From NCBI RefSeq assembly GCF_006345805.1, contig NW_021833136.1:1-28492 (forward strand): 28,492 nucleotides of DNA, read 5' to 3'. The position numbers and the translations under genes are program-made. Below the pieces are notes generated by a model. That model was not told where the DNA came from. It saw only the letters and a list, made by a program, of their open reading frames with translations, and did no database searches. This document shows positions 11,104 to 22,895 of the stretch, one piece after another. How positions within the stretch are numbered: the stretch's first letter is position 1; the number at the start of each line of letters is the position of its first letter. The stretch comes from Octopus sinensis (taxonomy: Eukaryota).

Positions 11104-14100
11104 TTATTGTATGGAAAGTGTTCTGCGTAGGATGTGTGCAGTGCCTAGTAGTGCAATTTTCTGTATGTTATATGTGTTTGTAAGTCCTGGTGTTTTTGTT
11201 ATGTATTTGTCTGAATATTTTTTATCATGCCTAATGCACCTACTATGATAGGAATTGTTTCTGTTTTTAGATTCCACATCCTGGTTACCTCTATTTCTAT
11301 TTTGGAAGTTTCTCCATTTCTTTTAGAGACACGTTGTCATCTGCTGGTATTGATACGTCAATTAGAAAGCATTTTTCCCTCATGATCTCTGACAACTATA
11401 TCTGGTCTGTTGGCCTTAATTTCTCCATCTGTGTTTATCGGCATATCCCAGATTATGGTTGCTTTCTCGTTTTCTGTGCCCTTTTATGGTGTGTGCTTAT
11501 GCCATTTTTTCTGTTGTTATTCCATAATGTTGGCATAGCTTCCAGTGTATGTAGGTCCCAACACTGTCGTGTCTGTGAATATATTCTTTCTTAGCCAGGA
11601 CTGGACAGCCAGAGATAATATGATTTATTGTTTCTTGTCCATCTCCACATATTCTGCAGTTACTTGTAATATTTCTCAACCATTGCAGGGATTTTTCTTT
11701 GTCTATTTCTTTTGCGTTTAGTTTAGTGCAGTATTTACCATGAAGGGGCTTTTCTTGCCATCGTTTTATCATGGTTCGTTGCTGTTCTATTTTTAATTTG
11801 GATTTCATTTGTTTTATAGCTTTTATTGTTTCTTCTTCTTCTTCTTCTTCTTCTTCTTCTTCTTCTTCTTCTTCTTCTTCTTCTTCTTCTTCTTCTTCTT
11901 TTTCTTCTTCTTCTTCTTCTTCTTCTCTTCTTCTTCTTCTTCTTCTTCTTCTTCTTCTTCTTCTTCTTCTTCTTCTTCTTCTTCTTCATATTTATTAGGT
12001 GGTATGATTTCTTGTTTGTATTTGTCAGCTTCCTTAGATACTGAGAACTGTTTTTGTTTTGCTCGTGTTTTGCCGCTATTTGTATCAGTTTTCCTTCCTT
12101 CTGAAGTAGATATTTTTGAAGTCCTATCGTGGTTATTTTATAGTAGTTTTCCAGTTGTATAAGGCCTCTACCACCTTTTATACGTTGCATATATAGTCTT
12201 TCTATGTCAGACTTTGGGTGATGCATCCTAGATCCTGTCATTATTTTTCTTGTTTTCCTATCTATTTTGGTCAGTTCATTTAGTGACCAGTTAAGGATGC
12301 TGTAGCTGTAACTTACAACTGGAACGGCTAAAGTGTTAATGCCTATTATCTTGTTTTTAGCATTGAGCTCTGTTTTTAGTATTGATCTAACTCGTCTATA
12401 ATATTCTTTTTTTTATTTTCTCTTTCATTTGTGTGTGGTGTCTTATCTAGTTCATGGATTCCTAAGTATTTGTAAGTTTGGCTTTGGTCTAATTCTTTCA
12501 TTTCATTGGTTTTATCTAGTGTGATGTTGCTACTCTTAACTAGTTTTCCTCTTATCAGGGTTACTTTGGTGCATTTTTCTAATTCAAATTTCAGATCTAT
12601 TTCTTTGGTAAATCCATGAACTGTCTTTAATAGTGTTTCCAGCTGTTTGTCATTTGCAGCGTATAGTTTTAGCTCATCCATATATAAAAGGTGGCTGATC
12701 GTTTTGCTGTAACATTTATATCTGCATCCAGTTCTTTTTAGCATATCAGATAGAGGTGACAGTGCTAAGCAGAAAAGGAGTGGGGAGAGCGTGTTTCCCT
12801 GGAATATTCCTATCCTAATGGGGATGGCTTTGGTTTTCATGAGTCCTCTTTTGTTTGGAGCTGTAGCACTGTTTGCCATTTATTCATAGAGTGTTCTATG
12901 GATTTTATAATTGTTGGTGCTACTTTGTTAATGGCTAGTGTTTCGAGGATCCATGTGTGGGGGATGCTATCAAACGCCTTTCTGTAGTCGATCCATGCCA
13001 TACTGAGGCCTTTCTTCTTTCTGTGGCTGTCTTCAGTTATGTCTTTATTGATCATTAGTTGATCTTTACAGCCATATGAGCCTTTGCGGCATCCTTTCTG
13101 CTCTTCTGGAACTGGTGGTTTTTGTCCAGGTGCTTGTTTAATCTTTGTGATATTATTGCAGTAAATGCTTTGTAAATTGTAGGGAGACAGGTTATAGGTC
13201 TGCAGTTTCTGGTTTTGCTGTCTCATTGGATTTGGGAATTAAGATGGTTTTCCCCTTCGTGAGCCATTCAGGCATTGTCTCTGGTTCTGCCAGTATGTTG
13301 TTAAAGCTTTCAGCCAGCGTTTTTCGTATACCTGGTAGATATTTCAACCAGAAGTTGGGGATCTTGTCATGCCCAGGTGCCTTCCAGTTGCTTAGTCTTT
13401 GCAGTGCCTGGGTGACCTCTTCAGTTGTTATGGGGTCCAAAGTTGCTCAGATGCTATGTTTGTTGTTTTAATACACCTTTTGTTTGGTTGTTCATTCGCC
13501 GACCATATTCCTTTCCAGAATTCTTCCACTTCTTCTGCCGTTGGTGCTGCAGTGATGTCTATTTTAATTTCGCCAAGCTCTTGGTAGAACTTTTTGGGGT
13601 TGGAGTTGAACTCTCTGTTTTGTTCAAAGAAACGTTGGCGTTTCTCATACCGGCGGATCCTTTGCGCTTTGGCAAGGATATCTTGCTTTAGTTTTTCTTT
13701 TATCTCAGGTAAATCCTTTTCTATGATGTTGTATTTGCTCAGTATTTTTGTTTTCTTTTTGTTGCTCAGTAGCGTTGATTGTTTGCTGATTTCATTAAGA
13801 ATCGACAGATCGTTTCTCATTTTTTGTATTTTCTTTTGGATGTTATTTATCCACAGGGTTTGTTTGGGTGGTGGTACTCCTGTTTGGATGGGTTTGAGGG
13901 AGTATCTAGCTTCTTTTGTGGCTGCAGTGGCTGCTGCATATACTAAGTCATTTTGCTCAGTGATATCGCTACTTGTTTCAGTGGCTATTAGTTCTGTGAT
14001 GGCTAGGTTTATGCTGTTTATAATTGATGTTGTTGTTTTGTCTATTTTGATTTTTGGGAGGTATGGTCGGTGGTCCATCTTGAGATCTGTGTTTTTCAGT

Positions 14101-14898
14101 TCTTTGATTATTCTACTTTTTATATTATCATAATCATTAGGCTCCCTTCGTTGTTTCCAGGTTTTACATTTGTGTCGCTTTTTTTCACGTTCGTATGTTT
14201 GTCTGTTGTGTTTTGGCTTGCTGTTTGTCGTGTATTATTATGCATCCTTACGGTCTGGGTTTGTTGTTTTTTTGTTTACATCGTTTTTGTTGGAAATGTT
14301 ACGTTTGTCTTCGTGTTTTACTGTTTCAGTGTTTATATTATTGGGCATTGTTGTGTGGCTTCTATCTACATTTTACTGATGTATTTTTTCTTTTAAATGT
14401 TCTATTTCTATTTCTGATATTATATTTTGCGTTGAGAATATATCTTTGTACGTTAGCTAGTTTATTAGGGTTCATTGCTGTATCCAAGTCTATATTTATG
14501 TTATTTTTCTTCCATATTTTATATGTATGTGTTGTTGTGTTTTCATTCTCTGGGTAGAGCACTGCTGTAAACGGAGCGTGTAGGATAGAAATGTATTCCT
14601 CAAATGTCCATTTATGTCTTTTGGGTTTTATTTGCGGGACATAAGGAACAACGTCCGGCCCATTACTTTGACGGTCGTCATTTCCGTAGGGTACCGGTCC
14701 GTTCATTTCTATCGTCACATTGTTTTGCACGTGTAGTCTTTCGTACATTTTATGTTGTAAGTTTAAAGTACGTACTTCCCGATTGTTATTCTTGGTTTGA
14801 ATAATATCGGTATTATTTAATTTATTTGTAGTTTTTTTGTACATGGTGTTTGGGGCCGGAGATGATCTGGTGTTGATCGATCGTAATGTATCGAGCAT
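11104..14898 (-). pseudogene. R4/Dong ORF remnant (RT + CCHC + RLE endonuclease)
   Basis: RHKWTFEEY; RRYEKRQRFFEQN...KKFY; FWKGIW; NWKAPGHDKIPNFWLK; EEQKGCRKGSYGCKDQLMI; WIDYRKAFDSIPHTWI; GIFQGNTLSPLLF; HLLYMDELKLY (YMDD decayed to YMDE); RLYMQRIKGGRGL; CRICGDGQETINHIISGC; ANRPDIVVRD...LIDVSIP; LGTAHILRRTLSIQ* (stop 11104-11106). Multiple frameshifts. Confidence 0.92.
11830..11988. repeat. (CTT)n microsatellite inside the LINE ORF (GAA/poly-Glu on the coding strand)
   Basis: Read directly. It lies between IPPNKY and TIKAIKQMKSKLK. Confidence 0.95.
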
Positions 14899-15128
14899 GT
14901 TTACATGTGTTGTGTTAGAGGTGGAGATGATATCGAGTTAAAATACGTAATTTCGTTTGAAAATAGTAATAAATTTCAATGAGTATTACTTACTCGGATA
15001 TAGTCCTTGGTCAGTTATTTTTGGCTCCATACGATGTCTTTGTTTTCGATGTTTGTGGATAGATTTCGGAGCCCTGTTTTATCGTTCTCACATGTTAAAC
15101 GTCACCGGTGTTCTCCTCCTCCTGCTTT

Positions 15129-15130
15129 AT

Positions 15131-15185
<55 letters not shown>
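15129..15185. repeat. (ATT)n microsatellite at the LINE 5' junction
   Basis: Read directly from the sequence. Confidence 0.95.
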
Positions 15186-15404
15186 GTATTAACTAACGAA
15201 ATACATTATAATCGAACCAAGTAAAACCGAGTTTATTGAGCAGAGTACTTTTTGAAATGTCAACTGATGAGAAACATCTGCAAAGAAAGATGCACCGCGG
15301 TCAATCGACCATTATCTCATCCGTGAGGGGCCGATTGCAGACGGGTTGAAACGGCAGTAATGATTAACGAATCTCGTAAAATCCATTCCCATTTCCGTCA
15401 AACG

Positions 15405-15490
15405 TGAGTGTGTGTATTGTGTGTGTGAGTGAGTGTGTGTGTGTTTGTGTGTGAGTGAGTGGTGTGTCTGTGTGTGTGTGTGAGAGTGTT
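15405..15490. repeat. (GT)n/(GTGA)n microsatellite
   Basis: Read directly from the sequence. Confidence 0.9.
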
Positions 15491-15502
15491 GTGCATACGC
15501 TT

Positions 15503-15640
15503 AGGCGTTGGCATGGTTGTGTGATAAGAATTTGCTTGTGTATTTAGTCCTTCTGCGTGTACTCTGGTCTCCAACCGAACAAACCCGTGTATGTTAGTTA
15601 ATTGGGTACACGGTAACTGAAGGAAACCCGTCGTATATAT
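15503..15640 (+). mobile_element. Degenerate SINE-like fragment
   Basis: The head AGGCGTTGGCATGGTTGTGTGATAAG resembles the heads at 17383 and 26232. The end ACGGTAACTGAAGGAAACCCGTCGTATATATA resembles, from memory, the tail of a common octopus SINE. The middle is divergent. Confidence 0.45.
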
Positions 15641-16406
15641 AAAATTCCTGACCGAGCTATGTTTGATAAAAGTAACTCATGTTACCTGAGCAATAATACA
15701 ACTGCCCCGGCTTTTCTGACACTTTTGGAATCTACGACCTGGACGTAGTTTTCCATAGGCGAGTCGAGGACCTCTTCAACTCGATGAAGGTGTTAAATTC
15801 GCTCTTGATCTCGATCTCTGAGCTGATTTTTCATCTTGAGGAACACATGCAAGTCAGCAAGTGGTAAATCTGGCGAATAGGGCAGGTGCAGAAGCGATAG
15901 CATGTTGCTTTTGGCAAGAAACTTACGAGTGAGGTGATAGGTGCATTGTTGTCGTGAAAAATTCAATACATCGCGAATCACAGAACCGGTCATTTTCGCC
16001 GAACGTCCTCTCCGAAAAGCTCCCAATGCACAATACCGAGGATGTCGGAAAAAATGATGAACATGGTCTTGATTAAGCTGTGATTTTTTCGTGCGCCCAT
16101 ACAGTCGAAACATTACATACGACCCACTGTCTCGCCGCCATAAGTTTTCCAAAGCATGCTCAATCTCTCTGTAGCAGACTTCCCAATTTTAACGTAAAAT
16201 TACACTTTCTTCATTTCTTCCAATTCCCTCTTCATGACAAGAATCGCAGATGACATTATCACCGAAATGCAAATTCCACATCTTGCGAAGTATATACAGC
16301 GATGTCACTCAGAAGGCTGCCTCATGAAGGTCACTGCTAGCTATCACATCGCATAAAATCGTTTGCGTGCTATAGAACTCGTTCGTGAAATTTCGAAACG
16401 ACCTCG
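15641..16406 (-). mobile_element. Mariner transposon remnant, internally deleted
   Basis: 5' end TA|CGAGGTCGTTTCGAAATTTCACGAACGAG (16408 downward) and a partial inner TIR AAAATTCCTGACCGAG at 15641. N-terminal FYVKIGKSATERLSMLWKTYG jumps to IKTMFIIFSDILGIVHWE, followed by FLAKSNM...HLPYSPDLPLADLHVFLKMK (the YSPDL motif). Confidence 0.88.
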
Positions 16407-16409
16407 TAC

Positions 16410-16422
16410 ATGCATATATATG

Positions 16423-16455
<33 letters not shown>

Positions 16456-16497
16456 ACACTTATAGTTATGTAAGTATTTCATACATACATACATGCA

Positions 16498-16533
<36 letters not shown>

Positions 16534-16542
16534 CATATATAT

Positions 16543-16589
<47 letters not shown>

Positions 16590-16590
16590 T
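16410..16590. repeat. (TA)n and (TACA)n microsatellites
   Basis: Read directly from the sequence. Confidence 0.95.
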
Positions 16591-16734
16591 ACAGCAGCTG
16601 AAGAAATTCTATATTGTAGAATTGTATAAAAAACCAACGGTTTGGGAGGCAGAGAAAATCATTAGAGATACTAAATAAATATTTATACATGCATACATCT
16701 ATCTCATATACATATATCTGCTTGTATTTGTGTA

Positions 16735-16825
16735 TTTATATATATATATTTGTAAATATATATCTATATCTATATTATCTCTCTCTCTCTCTCTCTCTCT
16801 TTCTATTTATCTATCTATCTATCTG
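16735..16825. repeat. (TA)/(TC)n/(TATC)n microsatellites
   Basis: Read directly from the sequence. Confidence 0.9.
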
Positions 16826-17264
16826 TCGTCTACGATACGACTATACTGCCATTTAACCACAGGAACACATCAGTTGATTTATTCAGTTCGCTTCTCACAC
16901 TCGATATTTAGTGCAATCGGGAGATAACACCTGCTTCACTAGCTTAAAGACTCTAGCCCACAGGTTTCGATCTGTATTTGATCTCCTTAGAGGTGGGTAG
17001 TCGTGGCCAGGCATGTCAGGATTTACTATATATTGCAATATATAGAAAATAGTGTCATTGATTGTGTGACTAGGACACTAAAATGTTAGAAAATCTCTGT
17101 TCATGAAAGAAGCAGTATAAGAAGCAAAAAATATTGCCCATGATCACTTTAAAGTGGCTAAATATATGTGATATCTATATATATATATATATATATATGC
17201 GTGTATGTATTAATATTATCCACATCAAATTATCCACATAAACACATAACTATAGTTACGTACA

Positions 17265-17382
17265 TATATGTGTGTGTGCGTGTGTCTGTAGTGCTTTCTT
17301 CTGTGTGTTTGAGAGTGTGTGTATGTGAATGTGTGCGTGTGTTTGTGTGTGTGCGTGTGTGTGTGTGTGTGCGTCTGTGTGT
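17265..17382. repeat. (GT)n microsatellite region
   Basis: Read directly from the sequence. Confidence 0.9.
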
Positions 17383-17475
17383 AGACGTAGGAGTAGATGT
17401 GCGCTAAGAAGTATGCCACCGAACCACATGGTTCCAGGTTAAGTCCCACTGCATGACACCTTGGGCAAGTTTCTT
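17383..17475 (+). mobile_element. tRNA-derived SINE, 5' fragment
   Basis: B-box-like GGTTAAGTCCC within CCACATGGTTCCAGGTTAAGTCCCACTGCATGACACCTTGGGCAAGT, which is homologous to the minus-strand copy at 26098-26232. Confidence 0.7.
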
Positions 17476-17591
17476 TTGTATGTTTTGTAGTATTTAATAC
17501 ATTTTACATTTATGGAATAACTGAACGTCACGCATCCCGACTTTTGTTAACAGGAAGTTTGCATATACATACATATGTAAATATAGGTATA

Positions 17592-17968
17592 CTAGCAGAT
17601 AAGCCCGATTTCACCTGGTCTGTTGGATGATGTGGTGTGATCGTTTTCGGTTAGGCATAATCTATAAAACGTTTCTCAACCTTATCATTTCGGGTCTCCT
17701 GTTTCGATTGGAGCCTCCAGCTATATGAAAATTTCTTTCCATCTCCACCCTTCCCGCTGTCAGAAAACAGCTTCAGGAGTTGTGAAGAAAGAATTCGTAC
17801 GTAGTCTGTTTCTGAGAGCTATTGCATTGGGCCACTGTCTAATCATTTAAACATTTATTTAATTATGAAGATAGAAAGAAATTATACATTAATCCCTATT
17901 TTTCTAAGCAGTTGTATCCATAAAAACTTTCTTTACAGAGACAGGAAATTGAAAGATATGTGAAATGG

Positions 17969-18013
<45 letters not shown>

Positions 18014-18090
18014 CTTACTTGTGCATGTGAGAGAGAAAGAGGATGAGAAAGAGAGATAGTGTGAGTGAGTGATGGTGTGTGTCATTGAGT
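17592..18090 (-). mobile_element. Short non-autonomous Helitron-like unit carrying a 3' hairpin + CTAG, related to the Helitron B 5' region
   Basis: The minus strand ends ACCAGGTGAAATCGGGCTTATCTG-CTAG|T (17592). 17638-17663 matches 22875-22900 at 24/26 positions. 17761-17850 matches 23283-23370 with the first 33 nt identical. 17950-17975 resembles 23130-23155. The upper boundary is uncertain. Confidence 0.7.
17972..18010. repeat. (GT)n microsatellite
   Basis: Read directly from the sequence. Confidence 0.95.
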
Positions 18091-18175
18091 TACATTGGCT
18101 GGAACGGCGGCTACGAAGCTTTTGATGCGGCAGATGACTGGGGTGTTTTGAAAGATGTGAAGAAATGCCATCTTT

Positions 18176-21100
18176 TCAGAGGAGCGCTTCTTTGTAGGCT
18201 ACATTTCTCGTTTTCCCTTCTGATGCACAAATGTCTAGACTTTGTTTGCTGCCAACATGGGAGCATCAAACGGTGAGTTGACCGTGGGAGAACACTTGTT
18301 CTGTGAGATTTAAACCAACCATTTGCAAAGATTGACCCTGTACCTTATATATTTTCAAAGCAAAGTAGAGTTTGATAGGAAATTGAAGCCGCTTAAATTT
18401 GTAGATCGTATCGAAGGGAGTGAGGGACATTGGGGTTATAAGAACATCTTGACCAGTGGCTGGTCCATTCAAGATGGTTGCCTGCAGAACTCGGGAGTAT
18501 ATATATTTTATTATCATTCGCGTGCCGTTACACATTATTTGAGCATCCAGATTCCGCAGCAGCATGATGGGACGCCAACCTTGAGATGGAGTTCCAGAGG
18601 CTGAAGTCCTGTGGGCGTTTGGGAATTAAGAAATGCTGTTGCGAAAACGGTCATATCCTCCGGGTTTTCATGCGTGTCAATGGACTTGAAGGAGAGTTTT
18701 TCTCCAGGAAGCAGATCAAAAACTTTATTATTGATAGCGTCGACTGTTTTGTTGTGAGGCGCCAAAATTGCTATTCCTTGTAGGCAAGTTGTGTGAAGGC
18801 TTTGGCTTGCAATGTCAGGAAAACCTGCAGAAATCAAATCATCTTTGGTAGGCACGAAGTTACCAAATGGTAAATGGATGAAACCATCAGTATCGCCAGC
18901 TACAGTTCCATTACTAACATCGAGAAGCTGCGCCGAGAATGTGGCCGCATTTTCGTCGCCAAACACGTGAACTCTCATGTTCGTAGTCAGGTGAAGTTTC
19001 TCGCTGTGGTGCCATAACTAGGATGATTTTATGGAAGCATTTACTTCGTTAGTTGCTCTTGTCCCCCAGGAATGACAGGTAGAGTTTGTCGGAAGTTGCC
19101 AGCAAGCAGAACAATCACTCCACCCATCACTCTCATATTGCGTCTCAGGTCTTGAAGAGACCGCTCGAGCGCCTCAAATGCTGCCTTATAACACATGGCT
19201 TCCTCATCGGAAATGATAAGGCTGCACTCAGTGAGAAGATTCCCCATGGCTGAGCCACGACTAACATTGCAAGTTGGATTTCCCTGTTTGGTCAAGTCTA
19301 GTGGTAATTTGAATGCTGAGTGTGCCGTACGACCGTCATGCAGTAGAGTTGCTGCGATGCCGCTGGATGCAACCGCTATGGCAATCCCATTTTCCTGGAG
19401 AATATTGGCGAGTGGGAGGTTCATGAGAAACATTTTTTCCGGTTCTGCCGGGAGCATCCAAAAAAAAATGTCTTTCGTTGGAATTAATACTTGCGAGGAA
19501 CCTGTTGTATTCAATTCTCTGTACTTCCAAAAGTCTAGGAACATCCTGAGCAACCTGCGCCACCATTTCCTGTGTGTTGTAGCTCAACTCTCACATGTAC
19601 TCAGCAGCTAAAGCATTTGAAATGTCCCGCGGAGACGGCAGACTGAAATCTGAGTACTCCAACTCCTCCCATAGCTTGCAGTCGCGATTGCAAATCGAGG
19701 AGGGCTGTGTTGTAGATGACGTTATTGAAGTCGAATCCAGCCGTTGGATCTTCGGCTTGAAGTCGTCGGAGATAGTCTTCGGAAAAACTATCTTTAAATG
19801 TGTCCCACAAATGAAGAGGGTCAGACACATTACTCAATAGCAAGATGAGACAAAATATTCAGCGCATTCTTCTGGTGTCCTGCATTCAGAGACCTCTTGC
19901 AATGCCGTGTTCCAGAGACCCTCATCCTCGAGTAGTCCCCGTCGCAAGCAAGCTTCCCTGTAAGTGCAACACATTTGTCCATCGAATGATCTGACGTGGG
20001 CAAATGATGTTGGGCCTTTCATATGAAACAGAATCATCCACAAAAAAACACTCCTGATGATTTGGGTGTACAGTGTGGACACGATCGATCATGTTTCCTT
20101 TGTAGATTACCTCGCCAACCTCATTGTCGATTCGCACACCCTGCCGCCACCTTTGCCATTTTTTGTTAGTCCAAGTGAAGTAGGACGGTACATCCTCATA
20201 AAGTAGAGTTTGCGCAAAGGAATCGGAAGTACACGACTTAAAGAATGCTGTAAACGTTGTTTCCGGTGGCTTTTTGAGTACATTTGCGGCGGTGTTCTCA
20301 GTGAAGTAAACACGTTGCCTATTTTCTAAGTGTACATCTAGGCCAAAAACAGCTGCAAAATCTAGAATGCGCCATGCCGCCATATTGAACGAAATATACC
20401 TGCCCATAACGTATTGAAGGATTTTATCGTTGGCTGTTTCTTCATCCTGCACACCCAAAACAGCCATGTCGCTGCCCTTGTTTACATGTTTGCATATGTA
20501 CTTGATGCCTTTAATCGAAGTGCAAGATTCAACGTTGATGTGGGCGTTGAAAGTTTTAAGGAGGAAAGGGCTGTAGGGAACAACCATACTGTTGTTGATG
20601 GCAATTTCCTTGCTCCTTATCCTTTTTTTCGCCGAAATTCCTCCAAAGTGAGGGGCATGTCGTCAGTAAATTGGGTAGCCGCAAATACTAGTAAATGTAA
20701 TCTTGTTGAAAGCCCTGGGATAGTTCTTTGAACATCTATTTTTTTCCATACATGGAGAATTAGGATCCAAGACACCACAGGGCCCGTGTATCATATGTGC
20801 CGACACGATTTGGAATAGCTGCAAGTTGACATTAGGTTTGGGCACCTCTGCACATTTAATTTGATCGATGTCCGCAGGTCTGATTATTTCTTGGCACCAA
20901 ATCAGTATATGGGTGTGTGGAAGACCCCGCTTTTGCCATTCTACAGTGTACATCCACGCGTTAAGTTTTCTGTAGACAGCATCAATTTTCAATAACCACA
21001 TAAATTTCTGCAATTTTCCTGTGGAAAACTCTGGCCACTAAGTCGTGCCTGTCGCATGCAGCCTGGCCATCGAATAAGTTTTCCTTTATCTCTTGCCAAG

Positions 21101-22895
21101 TTGAGTTGCACGTAAAGGTGATTAAGAGGTCATGTCCGCTAAATTTACGGACATATGCCATGGCATCCTGTGTCCGCTGATGCATATACCGTCGAGACCC
21201 GGTATGGCTGGAAGGACGTATCACCGGAAGGCCAATGTTTCTTGCATTAACATACAGCTGGACATGAACGGTAAGATATCGATCCACACGCAATCTGTTT
21301 TGATTTTAACGAATACAAAGAAGCCTTTCACCTCAGCCTTGGCAAACATGTCAACCAAGAATTGATTTGTGACTTCCTTGTACCGTAGTAGTTGGTTGAA
21401 CTGACCTTCTCTGACCATAAGACGGAAGGCATAGAATTCCTTGCAGGAAACAGCCTTGGTTAATTCAGCACCCGTGATTGGATCAACATGGCGTTGGTGA
21501 AAGCTGTTGCCATCCTCTCCAAAGGGGAAACAGTAGGGGGTACTGCAGGCAGTCGTATGACCGATAGGTTTCCGAAACAAAAGACAGTCGGCTATCGCGG
21601 TGCTGGAAGACAATATCACGCTTGCCATTTTCTTCGCCGACTATGATTGCTGCAACCTTGTTGGTGGTTGGAGCATTGAAAGGTCGCGGGTGCTCACCAG
21701 CAGGTCGCCTCTAGGCTTTAATTATCAATTTTAGCTCAGGTTGGGCTTCCAAAAGCTGCAACGCATCATTCTTCAATTCGTTGACATAAGGGTGTGTTGC
21801 ATGAAGCATATGTTGGAGTTCAGCAACAATTGCTGCGTCAACATCTGAATTTCTGTTGCACCGTTGGATAGCTTCTGCGTTTGAACAACCCATGAAGAAA
21901 ATCTGAAAGAACTTGGGTTCCTTGGTAGGCTGAGGATAAAGACTTCCCATGCGATGATAACATTGACCTTGAATCTTGAAGGTGTAATGCAACTCCTTCG
22001 TTTTGTTTGCAGGATTAACCGCCCAATTTCCATCAATATTGACGTTGTTGATGTTATGTTTGTCGTGATGTTCTTTACGGCAAAAGAGTTCATAGGGAAG
22101 CAGGAGTTATAACTCCAAATGCCTTTTCGGAATTTCTTGGCGTAGTCGAGCTATTGAGGAGGAGATTTTTCAGAACTTCAGGTGGATCTGCGAGCGGCTG
22201 AAATCGAACCTTGCCTCCAGACAACAAAGACCAGCTGCCTCACCAGCCCACTACTTAGCTTGACAAAATCGGCATTCCCTGTCCATTTTACCAAGAGTCA
22301 CGTCCAGGTGATTGGAGAAATCATCAGCAGGACTGTATCTGAATCCAACTCTCACCCAAAATGCGCCCCTTGCAGCAGCAATATTTTTTTGACGTCGACC
22401 TGCCAACCTGTTTTCCATAGCCTCCGATGATTCCTGAAGACTTGATATCTGGCGTTGTCTATGTTGGGCAGCGGGGCGGGCCTCTCTTGCTTCAGCAGGC
22501 TCCTGAAGGAGTGAGCGTTGATTATGACTACGCTGGGCGGCAAGACGAGCTTGCCTTGCTTCTTCTGACACCACAAGGAGTGAGCGCCGATTTCGAATAC
22601 GCATGAAAGCAAGACGGGCCTGCCTTGCTTCAACAGGTTCGTCACATAGTGAGCGTTGATCACGACTACGCTGATCATCAAGACGGGCCTCTCTTGCTTC
22701 TTGTGTTTCCTGAAAGGAATAGTAGAAAACATATGAAAGTGCAATATTGAAATGGGATACAGGAGGAGAATGTGTAGAAGCAAAATCGAAATGATATGAA
22801 TGTTGAGAACGTACCTGTGAACGCAACTCCCTTTTTCGCTGTTTTAGGAGGGCATTCCTTTTGGTACAGAGCATTGATTGTTTTCGGTTAGGCAT
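18176..22895 (-). pseudogene. Helitron B RepHel (HUH Rep + PIF1-like helicase), near complete but disrupted
   Basis: MPNRKQ start; CRFC zinc-finger remnant; KFRKGIWSYNSCFPMNSF; TFKIQGQCYHRMGSL; NQFLVDMFAK; TGSRRYMHQRTQDAMAYVRKF..DLLITFTCN (Rep motif 1); YTVEWQKRGLPHTHILIW (HUH); MIHGPCG; VVPYSPFLLKTFNAHINVESCTSIKGIKYICKHVNKG (catalytic Y-KY-K decayed); KGPTSF; SSGIAATLLHDGRTAHSAFKLPL; AGNFRQTLPV; LLRNL...CNGTR; QGQSL; FSHGQL; TRNVAYKEALL* (stop 18176-18178). Many frameshifts and stops. Confidence 0.96.
22410..22715 (-). repeat. 69-bp (23-aa) coding tandem repeat in the Helitron B N-terminus
   Basis: Units start at 22479, 22548, 22617 and 22686 (partial), with a decayed unit at ~22410. They encode EAR(E/Q)ARL..QR...QRSL repeats in the open 22251-22895 ORF. 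Confidence 0.9.

Larger units (their letters stand above)
11007..15128 (-). mobile_element. R4/Dong-clade non-LTR retrotransposon, near full length and inactive
   Basis: Single-ORF layout: N-terminal region, RT, CCHC knuckle, then restriction-like endonuclease. There is a short 3' UTR followed by (TAA)n, and (TAA)n also lies at the 5' side (15129-15185). Clade assignment rests on motif style and the TAA target, not on a phylogeny. Confidence 0.88.

Noticed and set aside
13594-14557. Hydrophobic plus-strand ORFs resembling membrane proteins
   Set aside because: Antisense shadows of the A-rich LINE ORF.
17028-17045. Perfect palindrome TATATATTGCAATATATA
   Set aside because: Arms are TA repeats, so it is expected by chance here.
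18323-21365. Several plus-strand ORFs over Helitron B
   Set aside because: Antisense shadows with no recognisable motifs; the RepHel motifs are all on the minus strand.
22410-22715. Regularly spaced repeats as a CRISPR-like array
   Set aside because: Eukaryotic context, whole units are homologous rather than repeat plus unique spacer, and the 69-bp period is in frame with a coding sequence.
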